DNA of 64,000 nt, taken from Candidatus Altiarchaeota archaeon (GTDB lineage Archaea; Altiarchaeota; Altiarchaeia; IMC4; SCGC-AAA252-I15). The notes under the pieces are model-generated. The model was given only the letters and a program-made list of their open reading frames with translations. It did no database searches and was not told the origin of the DNA. Shown in pieces: positions 28,047 to 37,271 of this stretch. A program made the translations under genes and the position numbers. The first letter of the stretch is position 1. The number at the start of each line of letters is the position of its first letter. The stretch spans positions 32,001-96,000 of the forward strand of contig JAZDNF010000006.1 of the NCBI GenBank assembly GCA_043800255.1. The letters are read 5' to 3'.

Positions 28047-29765
28047 ATGACCATCAAGAGGAGGGGCAGAGGAGTTGACGACCCCGACCAGATGCAGATG
28101 TTCAAGAAGGATGAACTGTTGCCGCCGCCGTTCGACAAAAGCCATGTGGACAGCGCCAGCCTCGCCAAGCTGGGGCTGACTGCGAAGGACGCTGGAGACA
28201 GCAAGCTCATAACGCATCCTCTCTTCTCCAAGAACATGGAGCACTGGCATTTTCAGGTTGACATGGCAGCCAAAGCCGTTGACGAGAATTCTCTGATAAT
28301 ACTGCCGACAGGCCTCGGAAAGACCAACATCGCCGCCTTGGTAGCTGCAAAGAGAATGCAGGAAAAGCCTCACAAGAAGGTCCTGATGCTCGCCCCAACC
28401 ACTGCACTGGTAAACCAGCATGCAGAAACGTTCGGACAGCTCTTCAGCGGCAAAAAGGTTGCGAAAATCATGGGCGGCGTGGAAAACAGGGAAAAAATAT
28501 GGGAGAACAGTGACATCGTCATTGCCACACCCCAGACGATAGAGAACGACCTCGCGGGAGGCAGAATCAAGCTGGATGATGTTTCACTTCTGATCGTGGA
28601 CGAGGCGCATAAGACGAGAGGAGATTACTCATATGTGAACGTCGGAAGACAATACCAGAAAGTCGAAGGCAGCAGGGTGCTGGGCCTGACAGCCTCTCCC
28701 GGAAGCAGCGCCCAGAAGATAAAGGAGATATGCTCCGACCTGGGAATACCGCCAGGCAGCATACAAATCCGCACGGACGAGGACAGGGACGTGAAACCCT
28801 ACATCCAGTTCGTGAACAGACGGGAGATTAAGGTGCCTCTGCCAGACGTCAAAGACATCAGGGAACAGCTGGGCAGCCTCTACGAGGACAGCCTCGACGC
28901 CCTGCAGAAGCAGGTCAAAAAGAGAGGGTACTTGAGCGAATACCTGAAGGGCACGAGGTTCACCGAGAAGGCCGTTGACGAGATTCGGACTGAGGAGATA
29001 ACAAAACTGTTCGAGCAGATTAGCGATAGAAAGGACCGCCTGAAGAGCAGGGGGCTGGACTACACGACCGATGCGAAACAGTCCAACGCAGACCTGACAG
29101 CATGCGCCAAAGTGCTGAAGCTGTCACACGCTCTCAGGACATTGGACACTCACACGCTTTACACAACATACGAGTACCTGAAGCGGATGAAAGGGGATGG
29201 CACGAAAGCCTCGGAGGAGCTGTTCGAAGACAACAGGATGGATGAATCATATACGGCCATCGGCAGCATGGACGCCACCCATCCAAAAGTTCTAGCACTG
29301 CAGGACATTGTCCTGAAGAACAAAGGCAAGAACATACTCGTCTTCACAGAGTACACTGACACCGCGGAGGACATCACAAGAGAGCTGAACGAGTGGAACA
29401 AGGACGTCAAAGCCAGAAAGTTCATAGGACAGCGGGGGATGACGAAAAAAGAGCAGAGGGAAACGCTCGAAGCGTTCAAGAACCGCGAGTTTAATGTCAT
29501 GGTCGCAACCTCTGTCGCGGAGGAAGGCCTCGACATAAGCGCGGTAGACGCTGTCGTGTTCTTCGAGCCTGTCCCTGACGAGAAGAGGACGGTCCAGCGG
29601 GCGGGCAGGACAGGGAGGAGAGCGCCTGGCGAAGTCTACGTCCTCATCACCGAAGGCAGCAGGGACGAGCTCAACTACTGGGACTCGCAGAGGAAGTGGG
29701 ATCGTATGAGGAAGAACGTCGAAATGCTGCAGAAGAAGAGACAGTGGGAGAGCGGCGGACAGTAA
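28047..29765 (+). CDS. Hef/FANCM-like DEAH helicase lacking the C-terminal ERCC4 nuclease
   Basis: LPTGLGKT, VDEAH, TASPG, TSVAEEGLDI, QRAGRTGR; ends shortly after HelicaseC; ~55-aa N-terminal extension. Confidence 0.88.
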   Translation: MTIKRRGRGVDDPDQMQMFKKDELLPPPFDKSHVDSASLAKLGLTAKDAGDSKLITHPLFSKNMEHWHFQVDMAAKAVDENSLIILPTGLGKTNIAALVAAKRMQEKPHKKVLMLAPTTALVNQHAETFGQLFSGKKVAKIMGGVENREKIWENSDIVIATPQTIENDLAGGRIKLDDVSLLIVDEAHKTRGDYSYVNVGRQYQKVEGSRVLGLTASPGSSAQKIKEICSDLGIPPGSIQIRTDEDRDVKPYIQFVNRREIKVPLPDVKDIREQLGSLYEDSLDALQKQVKKRGYLSEYLKGTRFTEKAVDEIRTEEITKLFEQISDRKDRLKSRGLDYTTDAKQSNADLTACAKVLKLSHALRTLDTHTLYTTYEYLKRMKGDGTKASEELFEDNRMDESYTAIGSMDATHPKVLALQDIVLKNKGKNILVFTEYTDTAEDITRELNEWNKDVKARKFIGQRGMTKKEQRETLEAFKNREFNVMVATSVAEEGLDISAVDAVVFFEPVPDEKRTVQRAGRTGRRAPGEVYVLITEGSRDELNYWDSQRKWDRMRKNVEMLQKKRQWESGGQ

Positions 29766-29814
29766 ATCTGTCCCTGCTGCTTTTATAAGAAAATTCGAAT
29801 AGTATTAGCACACA

Positions 29815-30867
29815 ATGAATGACAAGTTCACGGGGTGTTGGACTGCGCTGGTCACTCCTTTTAAGGACGACATCGGGGTTGACTGGGAGCAACTTGAAAA
29901 GAACGTTGAATTCCAGGTAGAGCAGGGCCTGACCGGGCTGCTGCCGATGGGCACCACAGGAGAGTCTGCCACCATAACCCACGAGGAGCATGCGAAGGTA
30001 ATCGGGAAGGTCACCGACTGGGCCCATGGAAGGGCCAAGGTTCTGGCAGGCACAGGCTCAAACAGCACGGAGGAGGCAGTCCATGAGACGCGCCTCGCCC
30101 ATGAGATTGGAGTTGACGGAGTTCTCCTGGTAGACTGCTACTATAATAAGCCCTCCTCGATAGAGCTGAGAAAAGAGTACTACAGCATAATAGCCGAAAA
30201 GTTCCCTGAGCTTGACATCGTGCCCTATGTGATACCGGGGAGGAGCGTCACGGCGCTGCTGCCGGAGGACCTTGCGATACTGAGGAGCGAATACAACAAT
30301 ATCGTCGCCGTAAAGGAGGCTACAGGCGACTTCCAAAGGATGCAAAGGACAAGGGAACTGTTGGACGACGACTTCAACATACTGTCAGGAGACGACCCGA
30401 ACACGTACAAGATGATGACAGACCCGAAGATACGGGCTGCGGGAGTGGTATCTGTGATATCCAACATAACGCCAGGCCCGATAGAAAAGTACACCAGACT
30501 CATACTGGACGGGAAAACGGAGGATGCGAAGGCCATAGACGACGCCTTAACGCCATTATTCAACGTCGTGGGCGTCAAGACCGAGGAGGAGATAAAACTC
30601 CCGAACGGCAGGAAGGCGAAAGTGGTTTACAAGTTCCCAAACCCTGTCCCAGTGAAGACGATGATGAACGGCCTGGGCATGCAGGACAGCCCCTGCAAGA
30701 GGCCGATGGGCAGGCTCACGAAGGCAGGCGTCAATATCGTGAGAAACGCGCTGAAGACCGTGTGGGCCAACAACCCGGAGATGCTTGAACCCATAGAGGA
30801 GTTCTACCATGCGAACATCTCCAGGAGACTGGATGATGACGGCGTCTGGAACTCGCTCAGCTACTAG
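29815..30867 (+). CDS. dapA: 4-hydroxy-tetrahydrodipicolinate synthase
   Basis: TALVTPF, GTTGES, GTGSNST, YYNKP, AVKEATGD, LSGDD, PNPVPVK. Confidence 0.92.
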   Translation: MNDKFTGCWTALVTPFKDDIGVDWEQLEKNVEFQVEQGLTGLLPMGTTGESATITHEEHAKVIGKVTDWAHGRAKVLAGTGSNSTEEAVHETRLAHEIGVDGVLLVDCYYNKPSSIELRKEYYSIIAEKFPELDIVPYVIPGRSVTALLPEDLAILRSEYNNIVAVKEATGDFQRMQRTRELLDDDFNILSGDDPNTYKMMTDPKIRAAGVVSVISNITPGPIEKYTRLILDGKTEDAKAIDDALTPLFNVVGVKTEEEIKLPNGRKAKVVYKFPNPVPVKTMMNGLGMQDSPCKRPMGRLTKAGVNIVRNALKTVWANNPEMLEPIEEFYHANISRRLDDDGVWNSLSY

Positions 30868-31232
30868 TCCTTCGAGATTATGACCTCAAGCAGGACTTCA
30901 TAGTTCTTAGGCTTCAGATTCGGATTGGCTGCCACATGCCAGTCGAAGGGATGGTGATGCTTCTTGAAGAGCACTTTCAGCTCCTCGCCGATTTCGTCGG
31001 CATCCAACAGCTCGCCCGGACAGTAGAATATGACAGAATGCCCTTCGAGGATCGGATGGGAGCCGGCCTCCTTGAGTATGTCATCCCTGACCTCGGAGAA
31101 ATGACTGTGGTGGACTGCAACGTTCCCAACCTTCGAGAACCATCTCCGTACTTCCTCAACGTCCTTGTGAGACTTCAGGTCAGGCATGCCGTCCTTTCTC
31201 GTGGTCAGATACAAGTGAATGTCCATCGCCAT
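30864..31232 (-). CDS. hypothetical protein (His-rich)
   Basis: 122-aa ORF, last of three closely spaced co-oriented ORFs. Confidence 0.6.
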   Translation of the reverse strand: MAMDIHLYLTTRKDGMPDLKSHKDVEEVRRWFSKVGNVAVHHSHFSEVRDDILKEAGSHPILEGHSVIFYCPGELLDADEIGEELKVLFKKHHHPFDWHVAANPNLKPKNYEVLLEVIISKD

Positions 31233-31236
31233 ATTA

Positions 31237-31503
31237 TCACCTTACGAATTTTATGAGGTATTCCTCGTGAGAGAGGGGCACTATGTCCATGACGTCAACG
31301 CCGTAGTATTCTTTCAACACTTTCCCGAGATCCTGCGTGTCCAGTATCACGGCATTTATGTCCTCCGACTGGTCGAAGCACGCCTTGAACTCGTCATGGT
31401 ACGTCTCAATCCTGAGAACCTTCTTCCTGTACTTCCGGGTCAGGATGTCAGTGAGCTCATCCTCTCCCAGCAGGATGCCCCGGATTTTTCCCTCGATGTT
31501 CAT
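31237..31503 (-). CDS. hypothetical protein
   Basis: 88-aa ORF, 1-nt and 4-nt spacing to its neighbours. Confidence 0.6.
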   Translation of the reverse strand: MNIEGKIRGILLGEDELTDILTRKYRKKVLRIETYHDEFKACFDQSEDINAVILDTQDLGKVLKEYYGVDVMDIVPLSHEEYLIKFVR

Positions 31504-31504
31504 C

Positions 31505-31645
31505 CTACTTTATAACCTTGTGCTCGATCTTCTTAACGCGGTCATCGAGCTTTTTCATATGCAACATGAACCTCTTCTCCATCTTCTCGATGTGAAGATG
31601 GAGGCGGTCGACTTCTTCCTTGAACTTTTCAGCATTGACGGTCAA
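31505..31645 (-). CDS. small coiled-coil hypothetical protein
   Basis: TTG start at 31645 behind GAGGTGA: MTVNAEKFKEEVDRLHLHIEKMEKRFMLHMKKLDDRVKKIEHKVIK. Confidence 0.55.
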   Translation of the reverse strand: MTVNAEKFKEEVDRLHLHIEKMEKRFMLHMKKLDDRVKKIEHKVIK

Positions 31646-31696
31646 CTTTATCACCTCATGGTTATTGATAAGTATTAGATTAAAAGAATAATTACT

Positions 31697-32551
31697 ATGG
31701 CAGAGGATATTAACCCGAATTTGATTGTCCAGCTGATACGGAGGGCTGAGACCAGGCTCCCGGAGGACGTCACAGGAGCCCTTAAAGCGGCCTTTAGGCG
31801 CGAGAGAGGCGTCGCGAGGCTGCAAATCAGGAACATCCTGGAGAACGTCAAAGTCGCGGAATCTGAGGGCATACCCATGTGCCAGGACACGGGGGCGCCG
31901 GTGTTCTACGTCAGGATAGGCAGAGGCTCCGACTATAGAAAAATCAGGGAGGCCATAGCTGAGGGCACCAGAAAGGCTACCAGGGTCATACCATTGCGGC
32001 AGAACATCGTAGACCCTCTAACAAGGAGGAACACAGGCGACAACACCGGAGAGGGGATGCCTGCAGTGCATGCTGAATTCCACGATGGAGATTACACTGA
32101 AATCGCCGTCCTGATGAAGGGCGCAGGCTCTGAGAACATGAGCAGGCTGGGAATGCTGAACCCCGCGGACGGCATTACGGGGATTGTAGAGTTTGTCGTC
32201 AAAGCTGTTTATGAGGCTGGAGCCAGACCGTGCCCGCCCACCATACTCGGGATTGGGCTGGGCGGGACAGCGGACGATGCCATGCAACTCGCCAAGAAGG
32301 CGCTGCTCGGCAGGATAGACATCAGGAATGAAGACCCTGGGCTTGCGAAGCTTGAGCAGGACATACTGAAGAGGGTGAACAGGCTCGGCATCGGGCCGAT
32401 GGGTCTGGGGGGGAAGACAACAGCATTGGGAGTGAACATTCTGAAGGCAGGCTGCCATACGGCAAGCCTCCCCGTTGGAGTGAACATACAATGCTGGGCC
32501 AACAGGAGGGCTGCTGTGAGAATCCGAAGAGGGAAGGTCAGATGGCTATAG
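31697..32551 (+). CDS. Fe-S fumarate hydratase/tartrate dehydratase alpha subunit
   Basis: PMCQDTG, KGAGSEN, PCPP, GIGPMGLGG, CHTASLP, CWANRR. Confidence 0.93.
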   Translation: MAEDINPNLIVQLIRRAETRLPEDVTGALKAAFRRERGVARLQIRNILENVKVAESEGIPMCQDTGAPVFYVRIGRGSDYRKIREAIAEGTRKATRVIPLRQNIVDPLTRRNTGDNTGEGMPAVHAEFHDGDYTEIAVLMKGAGSENMSRLGMLNPADGITGIVEFVVKAVYEAGARPCPPTILGIGLGGTADDAMQLAKKALLGRIDIRNEDPGLAKLEQDILKRVNRLGIGPMGLGGKTTALGVNILKAGCHTASLPVGVNIQCWANRRAAVRIRRGKVRWL

Positions 32552-33093
32552 TAAGGTTGAAGACGCCAATCAGCGAGAAGGAGGTCCGAATGCTGAGAGC
32601 AGGCGACACAGTTTACCTGAGCGGCATCGTCCATACTGCAAGGGACAAAGCCAATAAGAGGATGCTCGAAGAGGGGAAAACGCCAGTCCATCTTGGAGAT
32701 GGCGTGCTCTTCCACTGCGGTCCCCTCGTCAGGAGAAACGGCAGGAGATGGGAGGTTGTAGGTTTAGGCCCGACCACAAGCTCGAGGATGGACAAGTACA
32801 CGCCGCAGCTGATCGTTAGATTCAAGCCCAGGATTATAATAGGGAAGGGAGGCGTGGACGAGAAGTCAGCCTCGGCCTTTAGAAAACACGGCATCGCATA
32901 CCTTTCGATGACAGGCGGCTGCGCAGCCTCGTCGGCGAAGTCGGTAAGGAAGGTGCTGGATGTTAGATGGAAGGAGTTGGGCCTTGCTGAGGCTATGTGG
33001 ACGCTGGAAGTCGAAGAGCTGGGACCTCTGACGGTTGCCATAGACACCAGCGGAGGGAACTTCTACAGGAGACTCAGTAGGCGGCGAGCATAG
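32542..33093 (+). CDS. Fe-S fumarate hydratase/tartrate dehydratase beta subunit
   Basis: GDTVYLSG..TARDKA, HCGP, GPTTSSRM, IGKGG, GLAEAMW; start set to ATG 32542. Confidence 0.93.
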   Translation: MAIVRLKTPISEKEVRMLRAGDTVYLSGIVHTARDKANKRMLEEGKTPVHLGDGVLFHCGPLVRRNGRRWEVVGLGPTTSSRMDKYTPQLIVRFKPRIIIGKGGVDEKSASAFRKHGIAYLSMTGGCAASSAKSVRKVLDVRWKELGLAEAMWTLEVEELGPLTVAIDTSGGNFYRRLSRRRA

Positions 33094-33304
33094 GATTCAG
33101 GAAGTGCTTCCAGAGAGTGTAGAGTGAGAGCATCACAATAAAAGCTGCCATCCAGTGGCTTCTGATGCTGTCAGGCAGTATGCCGATATACGTCAAGACT
33201 ATCATCAGGAGAAATACTTTTATGACAGGCCACACCACCTCGAAGAAATAACGCTCAGCCTTAGTCTCATCTGCATCCTGCATTGGCTTGACAATGTCAA
33301 CCAT
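33074..33304 (-). CDS. small membrane protein (2 TM)
   Basis: 76 aa with two hydrophobic helices. Confidence 0.55.
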   Translation of the reverse strand: MVDIVKPMQDADETKAERYFFEVVWPVIKVFLLMIVLTYIGILPDSIRSHWMAAFIVMLSLYTLWKHFLNPMLAAY

Positions 33305-33371
33305 ACTGTTGACTTATGGAATTCTGAAAGTATAAAAACGAGCATTTATTGCAGAAAGCCCCTAATGATAA

Positions 33372-34598
33372 ATGATGGCTGGAGGAGACCAGACTAGGCA
33401 GAAAACACCAGGGAAGGGTGAAATCCCAAAAGATAAAGTGCCTCACATAAAGGAGGACGCTCCGAAAGTAGACCTAAAGGTCGTGCTGGAGACGATAGAC
33501 AGGGTAATGGGAGGGGTGAGCGGCGGCCTCAGCATGGACGAGACTCTTAAGGACATCACAAGCGGGATAAGAAAGGCCACAGGCTCGGAGAGGGCTCAGG
33601 TCAGGTTCATAGACCCTGAATCCGGGAAGGTAACTGAGACGTATTTTGAGGGCATGACGCCGGAACAACAGGCCATATACCGGGAGAGGCACGGCGTAAA
33701 ATCAGAGCTCATGAAAATCCTCGAAAAGGACGGCACAGTCAGCATCAACAACATAGATGAGGCTGTAGAGAGGGGATGGATTGACGGCGAGAGGGAGACG
33801 AGACTTGGAGTGTTCAACGTCGTGAAAGCGAGGGTGGACTACGAGCGGGACGGCAGGAAGATGATAATCGAACTTTCAGGATACAACGCCCCGGGAGGCT
33901 ATCTCCCGGAGCATGAGGCTATCATGAAGGCGCTTGGGAAAGTCGCCGCGATGTCCATAGACAAGGCTGAGACTATTGAGAAGACAATACAGGCCTTGGC
34001 ACGCGCTGTCGACGCAAAAGACAAGTACACCATAGGACACTCGTCAAGGGTCGCGGACTACGCTCTCGCGCTTGGCCAGAGGCTCGGTTGGGATAACGAT
34101 AAACTATCGCTCCTGAAAAAGTCAGCGCTCCTCCACGACATAGGGAAGATTTCAGTCCCGGAAGCCATACTGCACAAGAAAGGCCAGCTTGACGAGAAAG
34201 AGCGGAAGCTGATAACAAGCCACTCCACGGAAGGGGCTAACATACTTAGGGACTTGTACCCTGAGATAGCTGAGGATATAGAACACCACCATGAGTGGTA
34301 CAATGGCGGAGGGTATCCCGGGGGGCTTAAGGGCGGGAGGATCCCGCTCATGTCCAGGATCATATCGGTCGCGGACGCATTCGACGCCCTCGTCTCAGGC
34401 AGACCTTACAGGAATAAAGTGGACCACGAGGAGGCTATGAGCATAATATGGAAAAACGCTGGCACACAATTCGACCCCGGACTCGTTGAGAAGTTCGAGG
34501 ATGCTCTGAAGGACGGGATCAATCTCACAGGATGGAAAGAGTACAGTTACCCTGGCACTGTCAGGATTGACAGAAACTACGTCCGCCCGAAAATTTAA
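33372..34598 (+). CDS. HD-GYP domain protein with GAF-like N-terminal region
   Basis: YTIGHSSRVA, LLHDIGK, HHHEWYNGGGYPGGL, VADAFDAL, RPYR, GTQFDP. Confidence 0.9.
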   Translation: MMAGGDQTRQKTPGKGEIPKDKVPHIKEDAPKVDLKVVLETIDRVMGGVSGGLSMDETLKDITSGIRKATGSERAQVRFIDPESGKVTETYFEGMTPEQQAIYRERHGVKSELMKILEKDGTVSINNIDEAVERGWIDGERETRLGVFNVVKARVDYERDGRKMIIELSGYNAPGGYLPEHEAIMKALGKVAAMSIDKAETIEKTIQALARAVDAKDKYTIGHSSRVADYALALGQRLGWDNDKLSLLKKSALLHDIGKISVPEAILHKKGQLDEKERKLITSHSTEGANILRDLYPEIAEDIEHHHEWYNGGGYPGGLKGGRIPLMSRIISVADAFDALVSGRPYRNKVDHEEAMSIIWKNAGTQFDPGLVEKFEDALKDGINLTGWKEYSYPGTVRIDRNYVRPKI

Positions 34599-34636
34599 GC
34601 CCTGCGCATCGGGTTTAGTTTATCTAATACAATAGT

Positions 34637-35203
34637 ATGTTTATGTCAGGCTCATTTAACAGGGAGTTCCTCAGTCCAGGCTTCCTGTTGGAGAACACAA
34701 GGCGGAAGTGGCTGATTCCGAGATTGGATGTTGATGATATCACGAAAATTGACATCGACGCCCTGAAGTCCAATGGGATTAAGGCGATAATATTCGATGT
34801 TGACAACACCCTGTGCCCTCATATGGGAGCAGCTGTTGACCTGAAGCTGAAGGCTTCGTTCGACAGGATTGCTGGGAATTTCAGGTGCTGCCTTCTGACG
34901 AACGCGATGAGGCAGGACAGGAGAGACCAGCTTGAGAGCCTCTTCGGCCTGCCGTCGGCCAACAACAGCAGGAAGAAGCCGCACGTTGAGGCTGTTGAGG
35001 AAGCACTCCGCCTTCTGGGGACGAAACCTGAGGAGACTGCCTTGGTGGGTGACAGACTCATCACAGACATCGTTGGAGCCAACAAGGCCGGGGTCTATTC
35101 TATAAAGGTCAGGCCTGTCAGCTTCTTGAGCGAGCCGCTGCTTCTGAAGCTGGCAAGAGTGTTCGAGGAGATGCTGCTGATAGCATACAAGGCAGCCGGC
35201 TAG
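34637..35203 (+). CDS. YqeG-like HAD IIIA phosphatase
   Basis: IFDVDNTL, LTN, KKP, VGDRLITDIVGA. Confidence 0.9.
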   Translation: MFMSGSFNREFLSPGFLLENTRRKWLIPRLDVDDITKIDIDALKSNGIKAIIFDVDNTLCPHMGAAVDLKLKASFDRIAGNFRCCLLTNAMRQDRRDQLESLFGLPSANNSRKKPHVEAVEEALRLLGTKPEETALVGDRLITDIVGANKAGVYSIKVRPVSFLSEPLLLKLARVFEEMLLIAYKAAG

Positions 35204-35204
35204 G

Positions 35205-35966
35205 ATGGGATTCTACGACATGGGCAGAAGGGAACGGGCGGATTACGTTCACAATATGAGGGAGGCCCTTCTCGATGACTTCAGGAGGGGGGATGAGTCT
35301 AACATAAGAAGGTATTTCTCAGACGATGACGGCCATGTCAGGCAGAAGGCGTATCTGGCTGCCGGCAGGCTTTATAAGGAGAAGAGGGAACTCAGGGAGA
35401 ACATCCTGAAGACCCTGCATGAGCTTTCCAGCTCGAAAGACGAGAAGGTCAGGCAGACTGTAGTCCACTGTTACAGTGAGATAGGCATGATAACCCCCGA
35501 TGAGGCTGTCAAAGTCTTTGAGACGGCCCTGGCAGACGGAAGCTGGAAGGTCAGGAACTCTGTAGTTGGAAGCCTGAAGGTGATAGGCGAGAAGAACCCT
35601 GATGCTGCCATAGGGTTCGCGAACAGTTTTCTCAGGAACCCTGACCCTAGGATCAGGAAGGCTGTCCTGCACGGCCTCGAGCTTAGGGGGAGAACCCACC
35701 CGCAGGACATCCTGCCAGTGCTTGAGAAGGCGCAGTTCGACAGTGACAGGGAAGTCAGGGAGACTCTGGTTCATGTCCTCTCGCAGATAAGCTACAAGAA
35801 GGGATGCCTTGAGAAGGTTGTCAATGCTTTGAACGGCTGGGAGAACAAGGACATGGTCAAGAAGGCTGTGAAAGAGATTTTAGAAGTCCATAGGAGGTAT
35901 GCTAGATTCTCTCACATGACTGCTGATAAGGCTGAAGAGTACATGAGGGAGAACCTTGACGTCTAG
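35205..35966 (+). CDS. HEAT-repeat protein (DNA alkylation repair-like)
   Basis: Repeated DxxVRxx helical units; HGLELRGRTHP, SQISYKKGC. Confidence 0.75.
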   Translation: MGFYDMGRRERADYVHNMREALLDDFRRGDESNIRRYFSDDDGHVRQKAYLAAGRLYKEKRELRENILKTLHELSSSKDEKVRQTVVHCYSEIGMITPDEAVKVFETALADGSWKVRNSVVGSLKVIGEKNPDAAIGFANSFLRNPDPRIRKAVLHGLELRGRTHPQDILPVLEKAQFDSDREVRETLVHVLSQISYKKGCLEKVVNALNGWENKDMVKKAVKEILEVHRRYARFSHMTADKAEEYMRENLDV

Positions 35967-36370
35967 GCTCTCCTCTTGAACCCGAGCTGCTCGTCTATCT
36001 CCAATGCTATCGCTCCAAGGTCTTCGAACACGCGCATGATGTCGCGTTCGACCTCCTTTATAGTCCGATAGACGCTGCCTCCTCTGAGGACGTAGGTTCT
36101 GCCCTCCTTCCTGATGAGGCCTGCCTGGGCGAGCCTGTTCAGCTGGTGTATTACAGCGCCCCTGGACATGCCAACCTCGGAGGACAGTTCCGTGCTGCTC
36201 GGCTTCCTGCCGTTGGATATCTCCCCTATCAGCTCTTTGAAGACCTGGGAGGCGGTCTTCTGCTGGGTTTCGCTGCAGAATCCTAGGCACGAGCACAGCC
36301 AGTCTAGGTCATTTTGTATGTCCTTTTCGAATGGTTTTTCTACGCCTCTTATAGTAACCCTGATCGTCAT
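35963..36370 (-). CDS. winged helix-turn-helix transcriptional regulator
   Basis: SSTELSSEVGMSRGAVIHQLNRLAQAGLI; WLCSCLG motif; divergent from hsp20. Confidence 0.85.
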   Translation of the reverse strand: MTIRVTIRGVEKPFEKDIQNDLDWLCSCLGFCSETQQKTASQVFKELIGEISNGRKPSSTELSSEVGMSRGAVIHQLNRLAQAGLIRKEGRTYVLRGGSVYRTIKEVERDIMRVFEDLGAIALEIDEQLGFKRRA

Positions 36371-36420
36371 ATTGTTTAATATATGTTAGTCTAGTATATA
36401 AAAATATGAACCGATAAGTA

Positions 36421-36452
36421 TTTATATAACTTTGTCTAAAATATTTAGACAA
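36421..36452 (+). promoter_or_regulatory. TATA box plus palindromic operator upstream of hsp20
   Basis: TTTATATA (36421-36428) followed by TTGTCTAAA-ata-TTTAGACAA (36432-36452), a perfect 9-bp inverted repeat. Confidence 0.65.
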
Positions 36453-36488
36453 TAATAAAGAAATTTTGACAAAAAGAGGTGGCAACAA

Positions 36489-36947
36489 ATGGAACCATGG
36501 GAAAAAGGAAGGGAAAGATTCCCCCCAAAGCCGACAAGGCTTGAAGAGGAAATCAGAAAACTTGAGGAGGAATTCAGCAGAGCGCTGACCGAAGGCGGAA
36601 GCTTCGGATACGGGTTCACGATAGTCTCGGTGAACGGAACGCCTATAGAGCAGAAAGTGTTCAGAAGCCAGCAGCCGCAGATAGAGGAGAGAGAGCCCCT
36701 CGTGGACATCATAGACGAAAAAGAGACGACCAAAATCCTCGTGGACCTGCCAGGGATTGAGAAGAAGGACATACTGCTGACATCAGACGATAACACGCTC
36801 GAAATCTCAGTAGACACCGAACAGAGAAAATACCACAAGAGACTGGAACTGCCGCACACAGTCAAAAACCCGAAAGCAGAGTACAGGAACGGCGTGCTCG
36901 AAGTCAGCATCAGAAAGGAAAAGGCAAAAGACGTAAAAATAGGATGA
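36489..36947 (+). CDS. hsp20: small heat shock protein (Hsp20/alpha-crystallin)
   Basis: REPLVDII, VDLPGIEK, AEYRNGVLEV; SD GAGGTG. Confidence 0.93.
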   Translation: MEPWEKGRERFPPKPTRLEEEIRKLEEEFSRALTEGGSFGYGFTIVSVNGTPIEQKVFRSQQPQIEEREPLVDIIDEKETTKILVDLPGIEKKDILLTSDDNTLEISVDTEQRKYHKRLELPHTVKNPKAEYRNGVLEVSIRKEKAKDVKIG

Positions 36948-36956
36948 GGTGATACG

Positions 36957-36977
36957 ATGGGCCCAGGATGCTGTTAG
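36957..36977 (+). CDS. candidate hexapeptide micro-ORF MGPGCC
   Basis: ATG GGC CCA GGA TGC TGT TAG preceded by GAGGTGA overlapping the hsp20 stop. Confidence 0.3.
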   Translation: MGPGCC

Positions 36978-36990
36978 ACCAGGACAACCG

Positions 36991-37027
36991 GGGGATGTGT
37001 TGTTAAAACCTCCGCAACACAATCCCC
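36991..37027. terminator. GC-clamped hairpin downstream of hsp20 and the micro-ORF
   Basis: ggggat-gtgttgt...gcaacac-a-atcccc followed by atatttt; lies between convergent genes. Confidence 0.45.
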
Positions 37028-37095
37028 ATATTTTAATCCAAGAATTTTAGAGGGTACAACCTAGAAAAACTGCACGAACCAGCGCCGAATTCTCA

Positions 37096-37242
37096 CTACA
37101 TGAGGAAATTCAGGACAGCCCACAACCCCACTATGACGATGAGGGTGCAGATAATGCAATACTTCTTCTTTCCCATCGAGGAGCCGCATGTCTTGCAGAC
37201 GTTCTCCGACGATGATGCCTTAGGCTTCGCAGCTAATGCCAT
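37096..37242 (-). CDS. small CxxC-CxxC membrane protein (48 aa)
   Basis: Below ORF-track cutoff: MALAAKPKASSSENVCKTCGSSMGKKKYCIICTLIVIVGLWAVLNFLM. Confidence 0.6.
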   Translation of the reverse strand: MALAAKPKASSSENVCKTCGSSMGKKKYCIICTLIVIVGLWAVLNFLM

Positions 37243-37271
37243 ATATAGGTATGCTACGGGATTATTAAAAT

